Assembly: GCA_028534125.1 (NCBI GenBank)
Contig: CM052850.1
Location: forward strand, 1,178,001 to 1,242,000
DNA length: 64,000 nucleotides
Direction: 5' to 3'
Source of the DNA: Lama glama
Taxonomy: Eukaryota
The position numbers were made by a program, and so were the translations under genes. Every line of letters begins with the position of its first letter. Within the stretch, counting starts at the first letter, position 1. The notes under the pieces were generated by a model, which was not told the DNA's origin, ran no database searches, and worked only from the letters and a program-made list of their open reading frames with translations. Below are positions 9,501-20,424 of the stretch, piece after piece.

Positions 9501-12210
9501 CAATATTTGGAATATAATTAATGCCACTGAATTTTACATTTAAAGATGATTAAAGTGGTCAATTTTTTGTTACATATTTTATGACAATTTTTAAAAATGA
9601 AATCCGGGGTAGGATCAAGAATTCTAAAAGATTTTTTTTTTCTGTTTTCATGTATTTTATTTTGCAATGTAAGCAGATAACTGGTACACTTTCCATCAAA
9701 AAAAAGAAAAATGGCTAAGGAGAATTTTTAGCTTTAGGTAAAAAGTTGGTAAGGTAATCTTTAATACCCAACTCTTACATTATATTGGTATGAATAAACC
9801 AGTGTAACATTCAGATAGAACCAACCACAGGTAAGGTGTATATGTTTTGACATCTCATAGTTCCCAGAACTCAGTTTTCCAGAAGCTGCTGTCTGTGTGC
9901 CTGAGTGAAAGCGCACACGTGCCAGGTGAGACCAGGTAGCAGAACTTGCTGTTCACCTTGGTCAGGTCACCATAGTCCTCATGCACGGGTCCGCTGTCAG
10001 ATAAAAAGGGCTCACATTTATGGATGGGATAACCATTCCAGGTTTTCCCAGGACAGCTCCTGTTGTCCCAGTATCATTATGAAAATTCCTTTCACTCTGC
10101 AGTGTACCAGTTTGGAGAATAATTTATATAGTCATCCTATTCATGGGATGTTTTTTGTTTGCCAACTGCTGAGCCATTAGTTTCTGTTCTGTGTGATCCT
10201 TATGACAGCCCTAGGAGATACATAAATATCTTTATCATCCTCAATTTACAGATGAAGAGCTGGCTTTAAAACCTATCAGCCCAGTTTGAGTAGTTTCAGG
10301 GTCACAGCAAACACTGAGCACTTACTATATAACAAGCACTTTATAAATATTAACTCATTTAATCTTCATAAAAATACTAGGAGAGAATGTTTGCTATTCC
10401 TGTTTTGTAGATGGGGAAACTGAGGCACATGTTAAGTCTTCATTTATTTCTAACAGTCATCAGGTTTTTTCAGTCTTACTCCCAAATACTCGTCAAATCA
10501 TCCACCCCAAACCATCTCTGATACAACTGTTCACAGCATCTCTCACAGTTTGTTGCTATAGATTCCTATTCCTGCTCTCTTGGCTGCTAGTTTTATCGCC
10601 CTCAAATCTGTTCTCCACCCCATCACCAGAATGTTCTCTCTAACATCCACATCTACCCTTGTCAGTCACCTGCAGAATGAAGTCCAAGTGCCCAGGTCCA
10701 GCCTTATCTTCATGTCCCGAAACACTCACCCATGTTCAGAAAGCACAGAGTTCCACACAGGATCAACCCAAAGAGGAGCACACCAAGGCACATAGTCATC
10801 AAATTGACCAAAGTTAAGGATAAGGAGAAAGTATTAAAATTAGCAAGAGAAAAGCAACAAATAACACACAAGGGAATTCCCGTAAGGCTATCACCTAATT
10901 TTTCAGCAGAAACTCTACAGGCCAGAAGGGTGTGGCAAGATATATTTAAAGTGATGAAAGGGAAAAACTTACAACTGAGAGTACTCTATCCAGCAATGCT
11001 CTCATTCAGAGTTGATGGAGAAATCTAAAGCTTCACAGATAAACAAAAGCTAAAAGAATTCAGCACCACCAAGCCAGCTTTACAACAAATGTTAAAGGAA
11101 CTTCTCTAGTCATCAAACCATAAGAAAAGAACAGAAAGAAGAAAGAGGGGGGAAAAAAAAAGACCTACATCTTCATGTCCTTCCTCCTCTAGTGCTCCAG
11201 CAGTGAGCATTAATGAAGTGTTTTCCCTGAACACACCGTAATGTTTCACGCCTCTATACTTTTGCTCATGATGTTCTTTCTGCCTGAGTGCCTCCTTACC
11301 TTTTATGTCCGTCTGTCCCCTGCTTGTCCATTTAATATGTCATTTCCTCCAGGAAGCCTTCCCTCACCATTCCACCTTCCTCTGCACCCTCAGGTCGGGT
11401 GTATGCCCCTCCTCTGTGCTTTTACAGCACCCAGAGCATAGCTCTGATGTCATTTCACACGTTATGTTATACTTACATGATTTGTCCATGTCTGTCTCTT
11501 CCCAGTAGACTCGAATGCAGTATTTGTTCCCTTTTGTAACCCCAGCATCTAGCATAGTGCCCAATACACAAAGGTACACAGTGTTTTCAACCACGAGTAA
11601 ACCAGAGCTTCAGATTCCTAATACTTAATCATGGCTTCTGATTTTTTAAGGTAAAGTCAAAGTTCCCAAGTTCTTAGCTATTAAATAGTTATTTTCTTAG
11701 CTTGAAAAATAAATCTGACCAACTCTGACTAAATGGAACTTAGGATGGTTGATCCCAGTTTGAATTTCTTCCTGACGCTGCTGAGAATAAGCAGCATGAA
11801 TGTCCTAAATTTATATCTGGGCACCTGTTTTAGGCAAGAACATTGTGCTGCAGATCTTTAAGAACATACTGTTACTTGAAAACAACACACCAGAGTGTAC
11901 ACTAGCATCTCAGGAGAATGTCACTGCCTGAGGACAGGGACTCTGAAGGGTTTTTTCTTTACTGTATCACCAGTGCCGGGACCAGTGCCTGGTGCGTAAC
12001 GGGTGCTCAAGAAATACTTGTGAAAATTAGTGAATCCAAAATCAGTAGCTGCACACATTTCTCCTTTAAGAAAAGCATTTTATTCGGTGTGAGAGCTGAG
12101 CCTCTGTGGTTCTGTCGGCATTTATTTACATTTTGGTCTGTGTTTAGGCACTCGCTGCTGGAGGAGTGGGATCCATTGTTCGAGTCCTGACTGCGAGGAA
12201 AACCGTGTAG
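3390..12210 (+). CDS. ARPC5: ARPC5 (Arp2/3 complex subunit 5, p16-Arc), whole CDS join(3390-3532,5737-5809,8686-8862,12148-12210), 151 aa
   Basis: Spliced translation [151 protein letters not shown]. Exon lengths 143+73+177+63 = 456 nt. Recognised as the highly conserved ARPC5. Confidence 0.98.
3533..5736 (+). other. ARPC5: U12-type (minor spliceosome) AT-AC intron 1 of ARPC5
   Basis: 5' splice site ATATCCTT (3533-3540), branch site TCCCCTTAAC (5718-5727), 3' end TCAC (5733-5736). This junction restores the conserved LRQ-GNM frame. Confidence 0.95.
3564..3596. repeat. (CCCGG)6+CCC pentanucleotide repeat in ARPC5 intron 1
   Basis: Directly visible, about 30 nt downstream of the U12 donor. 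Confidence 0.95.
5737..5809 (+). CDS. ARPC5: ARPC5 coding exon 2 (73 nt)
   Basis: A GGA AAC ATG ... GTG AAG|GTGAGT. Confidence 0.97.
6391..6760 (-). pseudogene. TMA7: TMA7 (CCDC72) processed pseudogene in ARPC5 intron 2
   Basis: Minus strand from ATG at 6729: [16 protein letters not shown]...[34 protein letters not shown]. It has frameshifts, an in-frame loss of about 5 codons and the stop changed to CAA (6547-6545). Intronless, with 3' UTR, AATAAA (6413-6408), A-tail and a decayed TSD (tatttctata 6381-6390 / tacttctgta 6771-6780). Confidence 0.9.
6789..7068 (-). mobile_element. 5'-truncated lineage-specific L1 3' end with probable 3' transduction
   Basis: Artiodactyl-type L1 3' UTR (6886-7068) plus about 90 nt of unique tail with its own AATAAA. 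TSD agtatcttt 6780-6788 / aatatcttt 7069-7077. Confidence 0.75.
8090..8620 (+). mobile_element. L2 LINE fragment
   Basis: Diverged L2-like text (cagtgtggtctcaacatggcagcc...tcaggttatatccctgttcttctcagaaccttccag...cttcaggtctttactcagatgtcac). Confidence 0.65.
8686..8862 (+). CDS. ARPC5: ARPC5 coding exon 3 (177 nt)
   Basis: ttttttgccctcag|GAT CGA ... GAA AAG|GTAAGT. Confidence 0.98.
9140..9600 (+). mobile_element. L1M 3' end (contains assembly gap)
   Basis: gccaaaaggtggaaacaaccaaagtatccatg...gagagttagtgcttaacgggtacagagcttctgtt...aatgccactgaattttacatttaaa. Confidence 0.8.
9197..9326. other. Assembly gap (130 N)
   Basis: N run. Confidence 1.
10025..10140 (-). mobile_element. MER94-like hAT DNA transposon
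   Basis: cccaggacag...tgttgtcccag...cctttcactct...gtaccagtttgga...aatttatatagtcatcct resembles the MER94 consensus. Confidence 0.6.
10470..11590 (+). mobile_element. L2 fragment interrupted by the L1 ORF1 insertion
   Basis: L2-like sequence on both sides of 10718-11168, ending in the typical gtaaccccagcatctagcatagtgcc. Confidence 0.6.
10718..11168 (+). mobile_element. L1 ORF1 C-terminal fragment plus inter-ORF spacer, flanked by a 12-bp TSD
   Basis: [45 protein letters not shown]...[40 protein letters not shown] is L1 ORF1p. TSD ATCTTCATGTCC at 10706-10717 and 11169-11180. Confidence 0.9.
12148..12210 (+). CDS. ARPC5: ARPC5 coding exon 4 (63 nt including TAG)
   Basis: tgtgtttag|GCA CTC GCT ... 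ACC GTG TAG. Confidence 0.98.
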   Translation, partial: ALAAGGVGSIVRVLTARKTV

Positions 12211-13555
12211 TCCAGTGGGAACTGGATGTCTCCCGCACGGTGGGAGTTGCTGGTACAAAGACCAAAACAACCAAATGCCACCGCTGCCCTTCGGGCAGCG
12301 TCCGTTTCTCTCAGCTTTGCCTTCTTGCTTCCTTTTCATATCTATAAAGAAGAAAATTACATATCAGTTTTCCTTTAATGAAAATCAGGATATAGTACAG
12401 GCAGTGTTTCAACAGGAGTGTTTCATGCTCTCAAAACTACTCCAGTGGTGTGTACGCCAGTCTGTATATAGCATAATTTACATTCAAGTTTAACTGTGCA
12501 ATTTTTAACCCCTATTGGTTGGTGTGGGTTTTTTTGTTTTTTGTTTGTTGGAAGGGTTTTGGGGGGGTTTTTTGGTTTTGTTTTTGACTGATAGAAATTT
12601 GATCAGAATTTGAGGCCAGTTTCCTAACTTATTGCTAGCCAGGAAATGATCTTTATTAAAAACAGATGTTTGAGAGACTGGCAGCTATTAACTAACATTG
12701 CAAAACTGGACCACACTTCCCTTATTTAAGCAAAATGTGTTTCTGGAACCAACGGTGGCTGAACACCACGACCAGGCTCCAGCTCTGTTTCTGCTTGCCT
12801 CCGGATTCTGTTGAGTTTAAGTACGCGTCTTCCTCTCAGCATCCAATAATCGTGGCCTCTTGATTCCTTTGTGGTCACCCAGGGTGTAGAGCAAGGAGTC
12901 TTGCTCTACACAATGTATCTTACAGATCATTTATAAAATACACTTTGTATTTGGCCAGAGCCTGTTTGGTACTAGCATAAAACTTTTGCTCCAATAATAT
13001 GGCCCTATTTGGGGAACCTACTCCAAATCAGAAAGGACACAGAATCTTTGATGTAGTTCAAACTCTGGGCAGCCTCTGAATGAAATACTGTTTTCTTTGG
13101 AATTACAGTGGCTATCTTTGACATTATGAGGTACGTAACTAGTATTTAATACGTCCTATAAATGTCTTCAGTGTTCTTTAGGGTAACTGGGATCTTACAA
13201 GATTTGGTTCAGATCCAAACACGTACACATTCTGTATTTTAGCTCAGTGTTTTTTAAAAAAAGATAATGCCACACATCAAAAAAGTGTTTACTTTGTTAG
13301 ACAAACCAAATCAGTTCTCAGAAAAATGACCGGTGCTTTTGAAAAGTTATCATTCAGTAGCTCTAAAAGAAACCACCTGAATGCTTATGACCAAGAGAGA
13401 GAGCAGACTATATTTAGTATTTCTTATATCACTGACTTATGTGAAAACTGGTACAGAAATTCTGTAAACTCTTTGCTGTTTTTGATACCTGCTTTTTGTT
13501 CTGTTTTGTAAAAATGATAAAGTTCAGAAAATAAAATGTCAGTGTTGAATAATTT
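12211..13555 (+). other. ARPC5: ARPC5 3' UTR (end approximate)
   Basis: U-rich, apparently repeat-free sequence from the stop codon to AATAAA at 13530-13535, followed by a U-rich downstream element. Confidence 0.75.
13530..13535 (+). terminator. ARPC5: ARPC5 poly(A) signal AATAAA
   Basis: AATAAA with a downstream T-rich tract. Alternatives: ATTAAA at 12655-12660 and AATAAA at 13723-13728. Confidence 0.7.
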
Positions 13556-15651
13556 ATTTTTCTCACTCTTACTTTAATACTTAGAATGTATAGTTAATTA
13601 AGAGGAAAGATTTCCTGTTTTATCACCAAGTCATTATGCTCTTTGACAAGAACAAATTTTGTATAGAAGGTTTATAAAAACTGCTTTATTCAAATATAAA
13701 GCAGTAGACATGGGGAGTCATTAATAAACATTAGCAGTGACGCCTCTGGAGCGACCTCACAGCCCCGTGAATGCCCCTGAGCGCTGGAGACGAGACCAGG
13801 ATGTGCCGGTTGGCCTTGCAGCCGCTGTCACTTGTTCCCGGCTTCTAAACTCTTTCTTACACCTCAGATCTTCTGTCCCTACCAACTCAAGACAACCTCT
13901 GTTTGCTTTCCCACTGCACCTGCTTTAAAGCTTTAGAAACTCACAGGCAGTTCAGAGGGCTGGAAGTGAAGCTGCGGGTGTCAGGCCGTCAAGTAGGTAA
14001 TGCATAAGCACGAACAAACCTCAGAACAAAAGCAAGTGACACTGCGATACTTTTTCATAAAATCCATTTCAACATCACTTTCACAACCATAGTGCTGGGG
14101 AAAATTCTGGGGTTCTGTGTTTTATAGTGACAAGAATAGGTGTATTCAGAATTTGCTAGTCAGCTTTACTCAGGGCAGATAGCAAAAATATGTACCAGAA
14201 CGGCGTAGGGGCTGGGCCAGATGGACGCCAGCTGGAATCCACTGGCTCAACTGATGCATTTCGGCTAAACGTCAGCCCAGGTGCTGCTGGCTGACGGCAC
14301 CGTCGTGGTGGGGAGGGGGGAGGGGCGTAGTCAGGGAGAACTGTGGAGAAAAGACATAAATGCTAAGGGGCACTTTGGGCACAAAAGTGATTCTCCCCCC
14401 ACCCCATTCCCTTCTACTTGAATCTCGGTGTTTTTATCGTTTGTAGCCATTTTTGTGTTTTTGCCACTTTTTAAAGGCTCATGACCCCTTTGTTGATCAG
14501 CAACGTTTAGTTACATCATACCTGATGGTAAGCGTGATGATGTGTCACGGGACGCCGTTAACACAGGTGAAATCAATCTTGTCAACTGGCCAACTTAACT
14601 GAGTACTTTTCAAGTGTGTACTGTGTTCCCTGGGATCACGGAGGAGACAGAAACGTCTGGACCTTGCTCACAAGCTGCTTTCAGCCTAGATGCAAAGTAA
14701 GATTTAAGCACTTTGAAGTCAGTGCCACGCATTTTCATACCTGCCTGTCAGCGTGGGGGGAACAGTGCGATCGGGGTGGCCTGCTGGAAAGCGAGGCAGG
14801 TCGGTCTGCACGAGGCCCCGCGCAGGCGGGAAGAAGGGGCAGCAGAGGGACGACAAAGCCAAAGCAGGTTTAGCCGTCACTGTTCTTAGGGTTTCAATGT
14901 TTTTAACATAGAGTCATGGACAGTGACTAAGAGGATGTAGGTTTTGATAAAGTATCTCCATGGGACAAAATTCAAGAAAGTCATAAGATTTTAGAAAATT
15001 ATTTTTTTTTCAGCTGAGTTAGACATCAGTGGTCACTCAGTCTTACCCTTTTGATAGGAGTAAACAATGGGAAATTTAAACTATAAGAAGGAAACAAGTT
15101 GATAATGAAGAGCTTCACTTACAAAAAATGGGTAGGAATAATTTAATCCTTTAAATACTTTTGATCATTTCTTAAAATGTCAGTTATGTTCAGAGTATTC
15201 ATTTAAAGAGCATCAGAACTGCTGCTTGGGTCCATGTGACCCAGAGTGAGCATGTTTCTGAACTACATGAAATAGAACACAGATGTCAGGAAACCAAAGG
15301 CATGGTGCCCCCGGCGTGTGGTAGTGATACGGCTTTTCATTTCCAAAGCAAGATTCTGAGTGAGAAGAGGTGGACTAAAACACAAAAGCCATCATTAATT
15401 GAGTACCTACTCCGCCAGTCCCATCTGATTTTATCTTCAAAACTGAAGCTTAAAGAATTGTCTATCATACAAGACACACTGTAGGAAGTGAATTCTGGTA
15501 CATCCGCCTGATTCCAAAGTCCTACCACACTTTTTCTCAATTCCAGTACTTAGGAAACGCAGATGTCCCCAGGACAGAGGAGGGCTGGACTTGCTCTAGA
15601 AATCTCGCGCCTTAATGCTTGGAGGGGACTGTATGTCTTGCTATTGTCTGG

Positions 15652-16090
15652 TTTAATTGAAATATAGTTGATTTATAATGCATTGGTTTCTGGCGTACAG
15701 CACAGTGATTCAGTCATACATATGTATATGTTCTTTTTCACTAGAGGTTATTGCAAGGTATTGAATATAGTTCCCCATGATACACAGTAGGACCTTGTTG
15801 TTTATCTATTTTGTATATTTTGTATCTGCAAATCCCAAACTCCTAATTTAACCCTTCCTCCCTTTCCCCTTTGGTAACCATCAATTTGTTTTCTCTGTCT
15901 GTGAGTCTGTTTCTGTTTTGTAAATAAGCTTGTTTGCATCATTTTTTTAGATTCCACATGTAAGTGATAGCATACGGTATTTGTCTCTACCTGACTTAAC
16001 TTCACTCAGTGTGATGAGCTCCAGGTCCATCCATGTTGCTGCTGGTGTGTGTATATAGACCACGACTCCTTTATCCATCCTCTGTTGATG
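15652..16090 (-). mobile_element. L1 3' end (artiodactyl type)
   Basis: gtattgaatatagttccc...aggaccttgttgtttatctatttt...gtgagtctgtttctgttttgtaaataag...ttagattccacatgtaagtgatagcatacggtatttgtc. Confidence 0.88.
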
Positions 16091-18720
16091 TTGGAGGGTC
16101 CTGTTGAGAGGTGAAGTCCACTCAGGAGCCCTTCACAGAGGCCACAGTTGACAGGCGTAGAAGTCAGAAGAAAGATTAGGAGAGGTGCTGCCACAGCTGG
16201 GGACACACTCAGCAGCGCACAGAGCAGAACATCGCTACTTGTCCGTCGTGCTTTACCTGCCCTTCGATGATTCCTGAAGCTGTGAGGTCAACGCCCAGAA
16301 CACACATACCTCCACTAGAGAAGAGAGAAGTGACCGAGGGCTGGGCTTCTCAAAGCATGTGTTTCTCTGGTGTCTGGCTCTTTACCTGTGTTTTTGGAAG
16401 GTTCCTGTTTCTCATGTTTTCATAGATGATGCCTTTTAACTAAATAAGCTTCTGTTTTTATTAGTTTTGTCGTAATTCCATTTAGCAAGAACCAGAGCTT
16501 CAATCTCTCGTTTCATTAGCCAAGTTCAACAGATGACTGGTCATAAATTAAAAATTATCTGCTTAATTGAATGCCTAAGAATCACTCTGACCACCTTCAG
16601 TATAATTTTGAGGTACCCTGAATTGGAAGCTTATCTCCGTCCATGCTTCTGGAGTGCCCTCACATTCCGCTCTCAATGCCAGTTTTAGATTAAGAGTTTT
16701 TGCAGGGAAATCCCTGAGAAAAGTCCAGGATTGAAGAAATCGGGATCAAAATCACAGACTCTGGAGGAGGAACCAACCCACCGCCCACAGGGCACCAGCC
16801 CAACAATGCATGTTTGACTCTGTTCCTCAGCCCAGCACCGTCACGTGTCGGCCAGCCTTGGGTTGGGTTTGGATGGGTTTGGGTAAGTTCTACCCTGCCG
16901 TTGTCCACCTCTGCCCTTTCCGCTTCTTGTTTTCATTTGCCATGTATCCTTCCTTTCCCTCAATGCTTTTCTTCTCTGTTTTCTTTCTCTCTTTCCTCAG
17001 TCCCTGTACCTGCTGCCTGCCTTCCCTCTCTCTCCTCTCTCCACTCCCCCTGCCTCACTTTTCCAGTTAGTTTACCTGATGCTCATGCTCAGGCACTTGG
17101 AATCATTCCTAATAAATAAATATGTGGTTCTCAGGCAGATTAGTGCAAGCAGTGCCCTCCCACAGTTCTTGAAATGACTCGAGGTGTTTGAATTGCTCGT
17201 TTCTAAACTGCAAATATGCTGTTTTATTTCCATGGATTGCTTTGGCCAGCAACTGAGCAAATAACCCAAAATTGAAGACCGATTTTTAAACACGTCATTT
17301 TCCCTTTAGATTTATAAATAACTTCACCTTACAGACAAAAAAAAAGTACAAAAGAATAAAGTGGGAATGGAAGGTAATTACGCCCAATACAAAAACACTG
17401 AATAGACATTTTAGAAAGGAGTGCTCTGAAACAAGGCTTCTTTTGTCCATATTCCTGCTGTGGATCTTTCCCCAAACCCCTCTCCACCTGAGCCCATCAT
17501 CCCTGTTAGAAGGTGTGAAAACCCCAGCGTTTAAAATGCTCTGTGCACTAGAATGCAGGTGCCTCCTTAGACGAGCCGGCCAAGCCTGGGACACACGGAC
17601 GCACAGCGCATCATCTGCCTATAGGTGGCGCTGCTTCCCCACATCGATGACCCACGACCAACTCGGCACGCAGGTTCACTCCTGCGGCTCCGTTTAACTT
17701 CATCATCTACGTTTGCGTCTGTTCTGTCTCTATGAGACAGTTACCTAAAGGCTGTGTACGTAATCACAAATTGGACAGTATATGACTCACCTGAATTCCA
17801 CAGTCCAGCATCCTGACTTACATATTTCCCAGCCCAGCATTTAGCTAATGTTCTCCAGGACACCCTCCCGACCTTTCTACTAGACCCCATGGCCTTCCTG
17901 AAGTCACAGGAGCAGTGACTTACTCATTCTCCGCAATACTTTGACATAATTGATACTCAGCCAATATCTATTGGTTGCATGATATTGATTGAGCCAAATC
18001 ACCCAAGATATCCCCAAGTTCCATGCACAGGTCCCTGCTTCCCCAAATAGGAGAACATACTAGAAGCACAAATTTGAGAGCTCTGCAAAGAGTAAACTCC
18101 CCCTAGGTTCAAATAACCTGGATCCAATCAAGTTTAGTCACAAACAAATTCAATTTACTTCCACGTGGAACTTTAGGCAGAAAATGTATCAGCCTTGGGT
18201 GGCAATTAGAGCCATGATGGGTAACATGTGCAGCCTTTGTAATGCGTGGCTCCGCAAGTCACCAGAGAAAGAGGCCGAGGGACAGAATTCCAGCTCACAT
18301 CTGACTGACAGCGGCATCAAGGGAACTCATATGGACGAGCTTTCACGATTCTGTGGCATCACCTTCTGAGATCAGAGATGTGTCCCGGGACTTGGTTTCC
18401 CTTAAGGGTGAAAAAATCATTAAATAGAATCCATGAACTTACATCACCTTTCCTGGCTGCATTTATGCTCAGAGTTTTCTTATCGTGCCCGTTCTTAGGG
18501 TCACAAATGCCGTAAATGGACCATGCTGCTGAATAGCATCATGCCTCTTTATGTCTATCCAAAAATTGAATCAAGACTCCAGAAGCACCTTGAAATTAAG
18601 ATGTTCTTCAACTTGATGACTGAGTTAAAGGTCAGTGTATTCACTGATCGATTATTTTATAATTTTATCCATTTTAATTTCTCCTCATTTATTTTCAAGT
18701 GAGTAATCTGTTTTGTATAA

Positions 18721-18848
18721 NNNNNNNNNNNNNNNNNNNNNNNNNNNNNNNNNNNNNNNNNNNNNNNNNNNNNNNNNNNNNNNNNNNNNNNNNNNNNNNN
18801 NNNNNNNNNNNNNNNNNNNNNNNNNNNNNNNNNNNNNNNNNNNNNNNN
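18721..18848. other. Assembly gap (128 N)
   Basis: N run. Confidence 1.
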
Positions 18849-19700
18849 CTTACCGTATGACCCAGGACTCCCGCTCCTGGGCATATATCCAGAGGGAATC
18901 TTAATTCAAAAAGATGCATGTGCCCCAATGTTCATGGCAGCACTATTTACAATAGCCAAGACATGGAAACAGCCTAAATGCCCATCAACAAATGACTGGA
19001 CAAAGAAGTTGTGGTATGTTACAGGATCTTGTGGTGGCTCACAGCAAAAGAGAATGTGACAGTGGATTTATGTATGTTCATGTATAAATGAAAAATTGTG
19101 CTCTACACTGGAATTTGACACAACATTGTAAAATGACTATAACTCAATAAAAAAATGTTAAAAAATAAAAATGCATACTAATACCAAAAAAAGAAGTTGT
19201 GGTATATTTATACAATGGAATACTACTCAGCCATAAAAAGAATAAAATAATGCCATTCACAACAACATGGGTGGACCGGAGATTGTTATTCCAAGTGAAG
19301 TAAGCCAGAAAGAGAAAGAAAATACCATATGAGATCACTTATATGTGGAACCTAAAAAAAAAAACAAAACAAAAAAAACAACCTTATTTACAAAACAGAA
19401 ACAGACTCACATAGAAAACAAACTTATGGTTACCAGAGGGGAGAGCGGAAAGAGGGTGGGAAGGGAAAAATTAGGAGTTTGAGATTTTCAGATACTAATA
19501 TATATAAAATAGATAAACAAGTTCATACTGTACAGCACAGGGAACTATATTCAATACCTTGTAGTAACTTCTGGTGGAAAAGAATATGAAAATGAATATA
19601 TGTATGTTATGTATGACTGAAGCACTGTACTGTACACCAGAAACTGACACAACATTGTAAACTGACTGTACTTCTATTAAAATACATATATATATAAACC
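18849..19700 (+). mobile_element. L1 ORF2 end plus 3' UTR, carrying a nested younger L1 fragment (19018-19189)
   Basis: LPYDPGLPLLGIYPE...CAPMFMAALFTIAKTWKQPKCPS is the L1 ORF2 C-terminus. The nested insert has a 16-bp TSD AAAGAAGTTGTGGTAT. Confidence 0.9.
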
Positions 19701-19709
19701 AAGAAAACC

Positions 19710-20175
19710 CAATCATTTGTCATCTCTCATGGTTTCTGTGGGTCAGGAGTTTGGTGGTGGCTTCCTGAGTATTTTCTGCTTTGAGACTTTCATGCGGTTG
19801 GACTCAGGTGTTGGCAGGGGTGACAGTCACGTGAAGGCTCGTCTGAGGCTGGAGACCTGCTTCCAGGTCGGCTCCCTCACCAGGCTGGCACGGTTTTGCT
19901 GGCTGTGGGCAGGAAGCCCCGATTCTTTTCCACGTGGGCCTCTGCACAGAGCTGCTTGAGTGTCCTCATGACACGGAAGCTGGCTTCCAGCAGAGAAAAC
20001 CATCCAGGTGTCCCAGTCTGCGATTTTATGACCTGTGGCCAGAAGTCACAAGCAGTCGGGGCTGCGGTTTTCTGCGGGTCCCATGGGCCAGCTCTGATTC
20101 GTAGGCGGCCTGCACGAGGGCGTGATGACCAGAAGGCTTGGACTAGAGGAGCCGTCTGGGAGGCCTGCTACCAGA
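19710..20175 (-). mobile_element. MaLR (MLT1-type) LTR
   Basis: tctcatggtttctgtgggtcaggagtttgg...tgaaggctcgtctgaggctggag...cacagagctgcttgagtgtcctcatgacacgg. Confidence 0.75.
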
Positions 20176-20424
20176 CACGTCTTTTCAATATGCGTATTTT
20201 ATGACACCCCCCCCATGTATGCAACATTTGCACAAAGGAGGCAGGGCATCATTCCCGGAAGCATCTCTGTCTTCCTTGGAACTACCCTGGGTTTCCAAAT
20301 TCAGAAACTCCAGTGAAAGTCTTAAAAGGTGACCTTCTCATACAGATGGAGTTAATCAACAAGGTACTGCTCCCCCAGTGCCTCTGCCCCATTTGAGTGA
20401 GCCAGAGGCCCCATCGTTTCCCTA

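Noticed and set aside
10732-11028. 98-aa ORF as a domesticated gene
   Set aside because: A fragment of L1 ORF1p with a premature TAA (11026-11028) and a frameshifted start.
14534-14602. C/D-box snoRNA-like spacing (GTGATGA ... CTGA, about 70 nt)
   Set aside because: No convincing terminal stem, no recognisable rRNA/snRNA guide, and not in an intron of a supported host gene.
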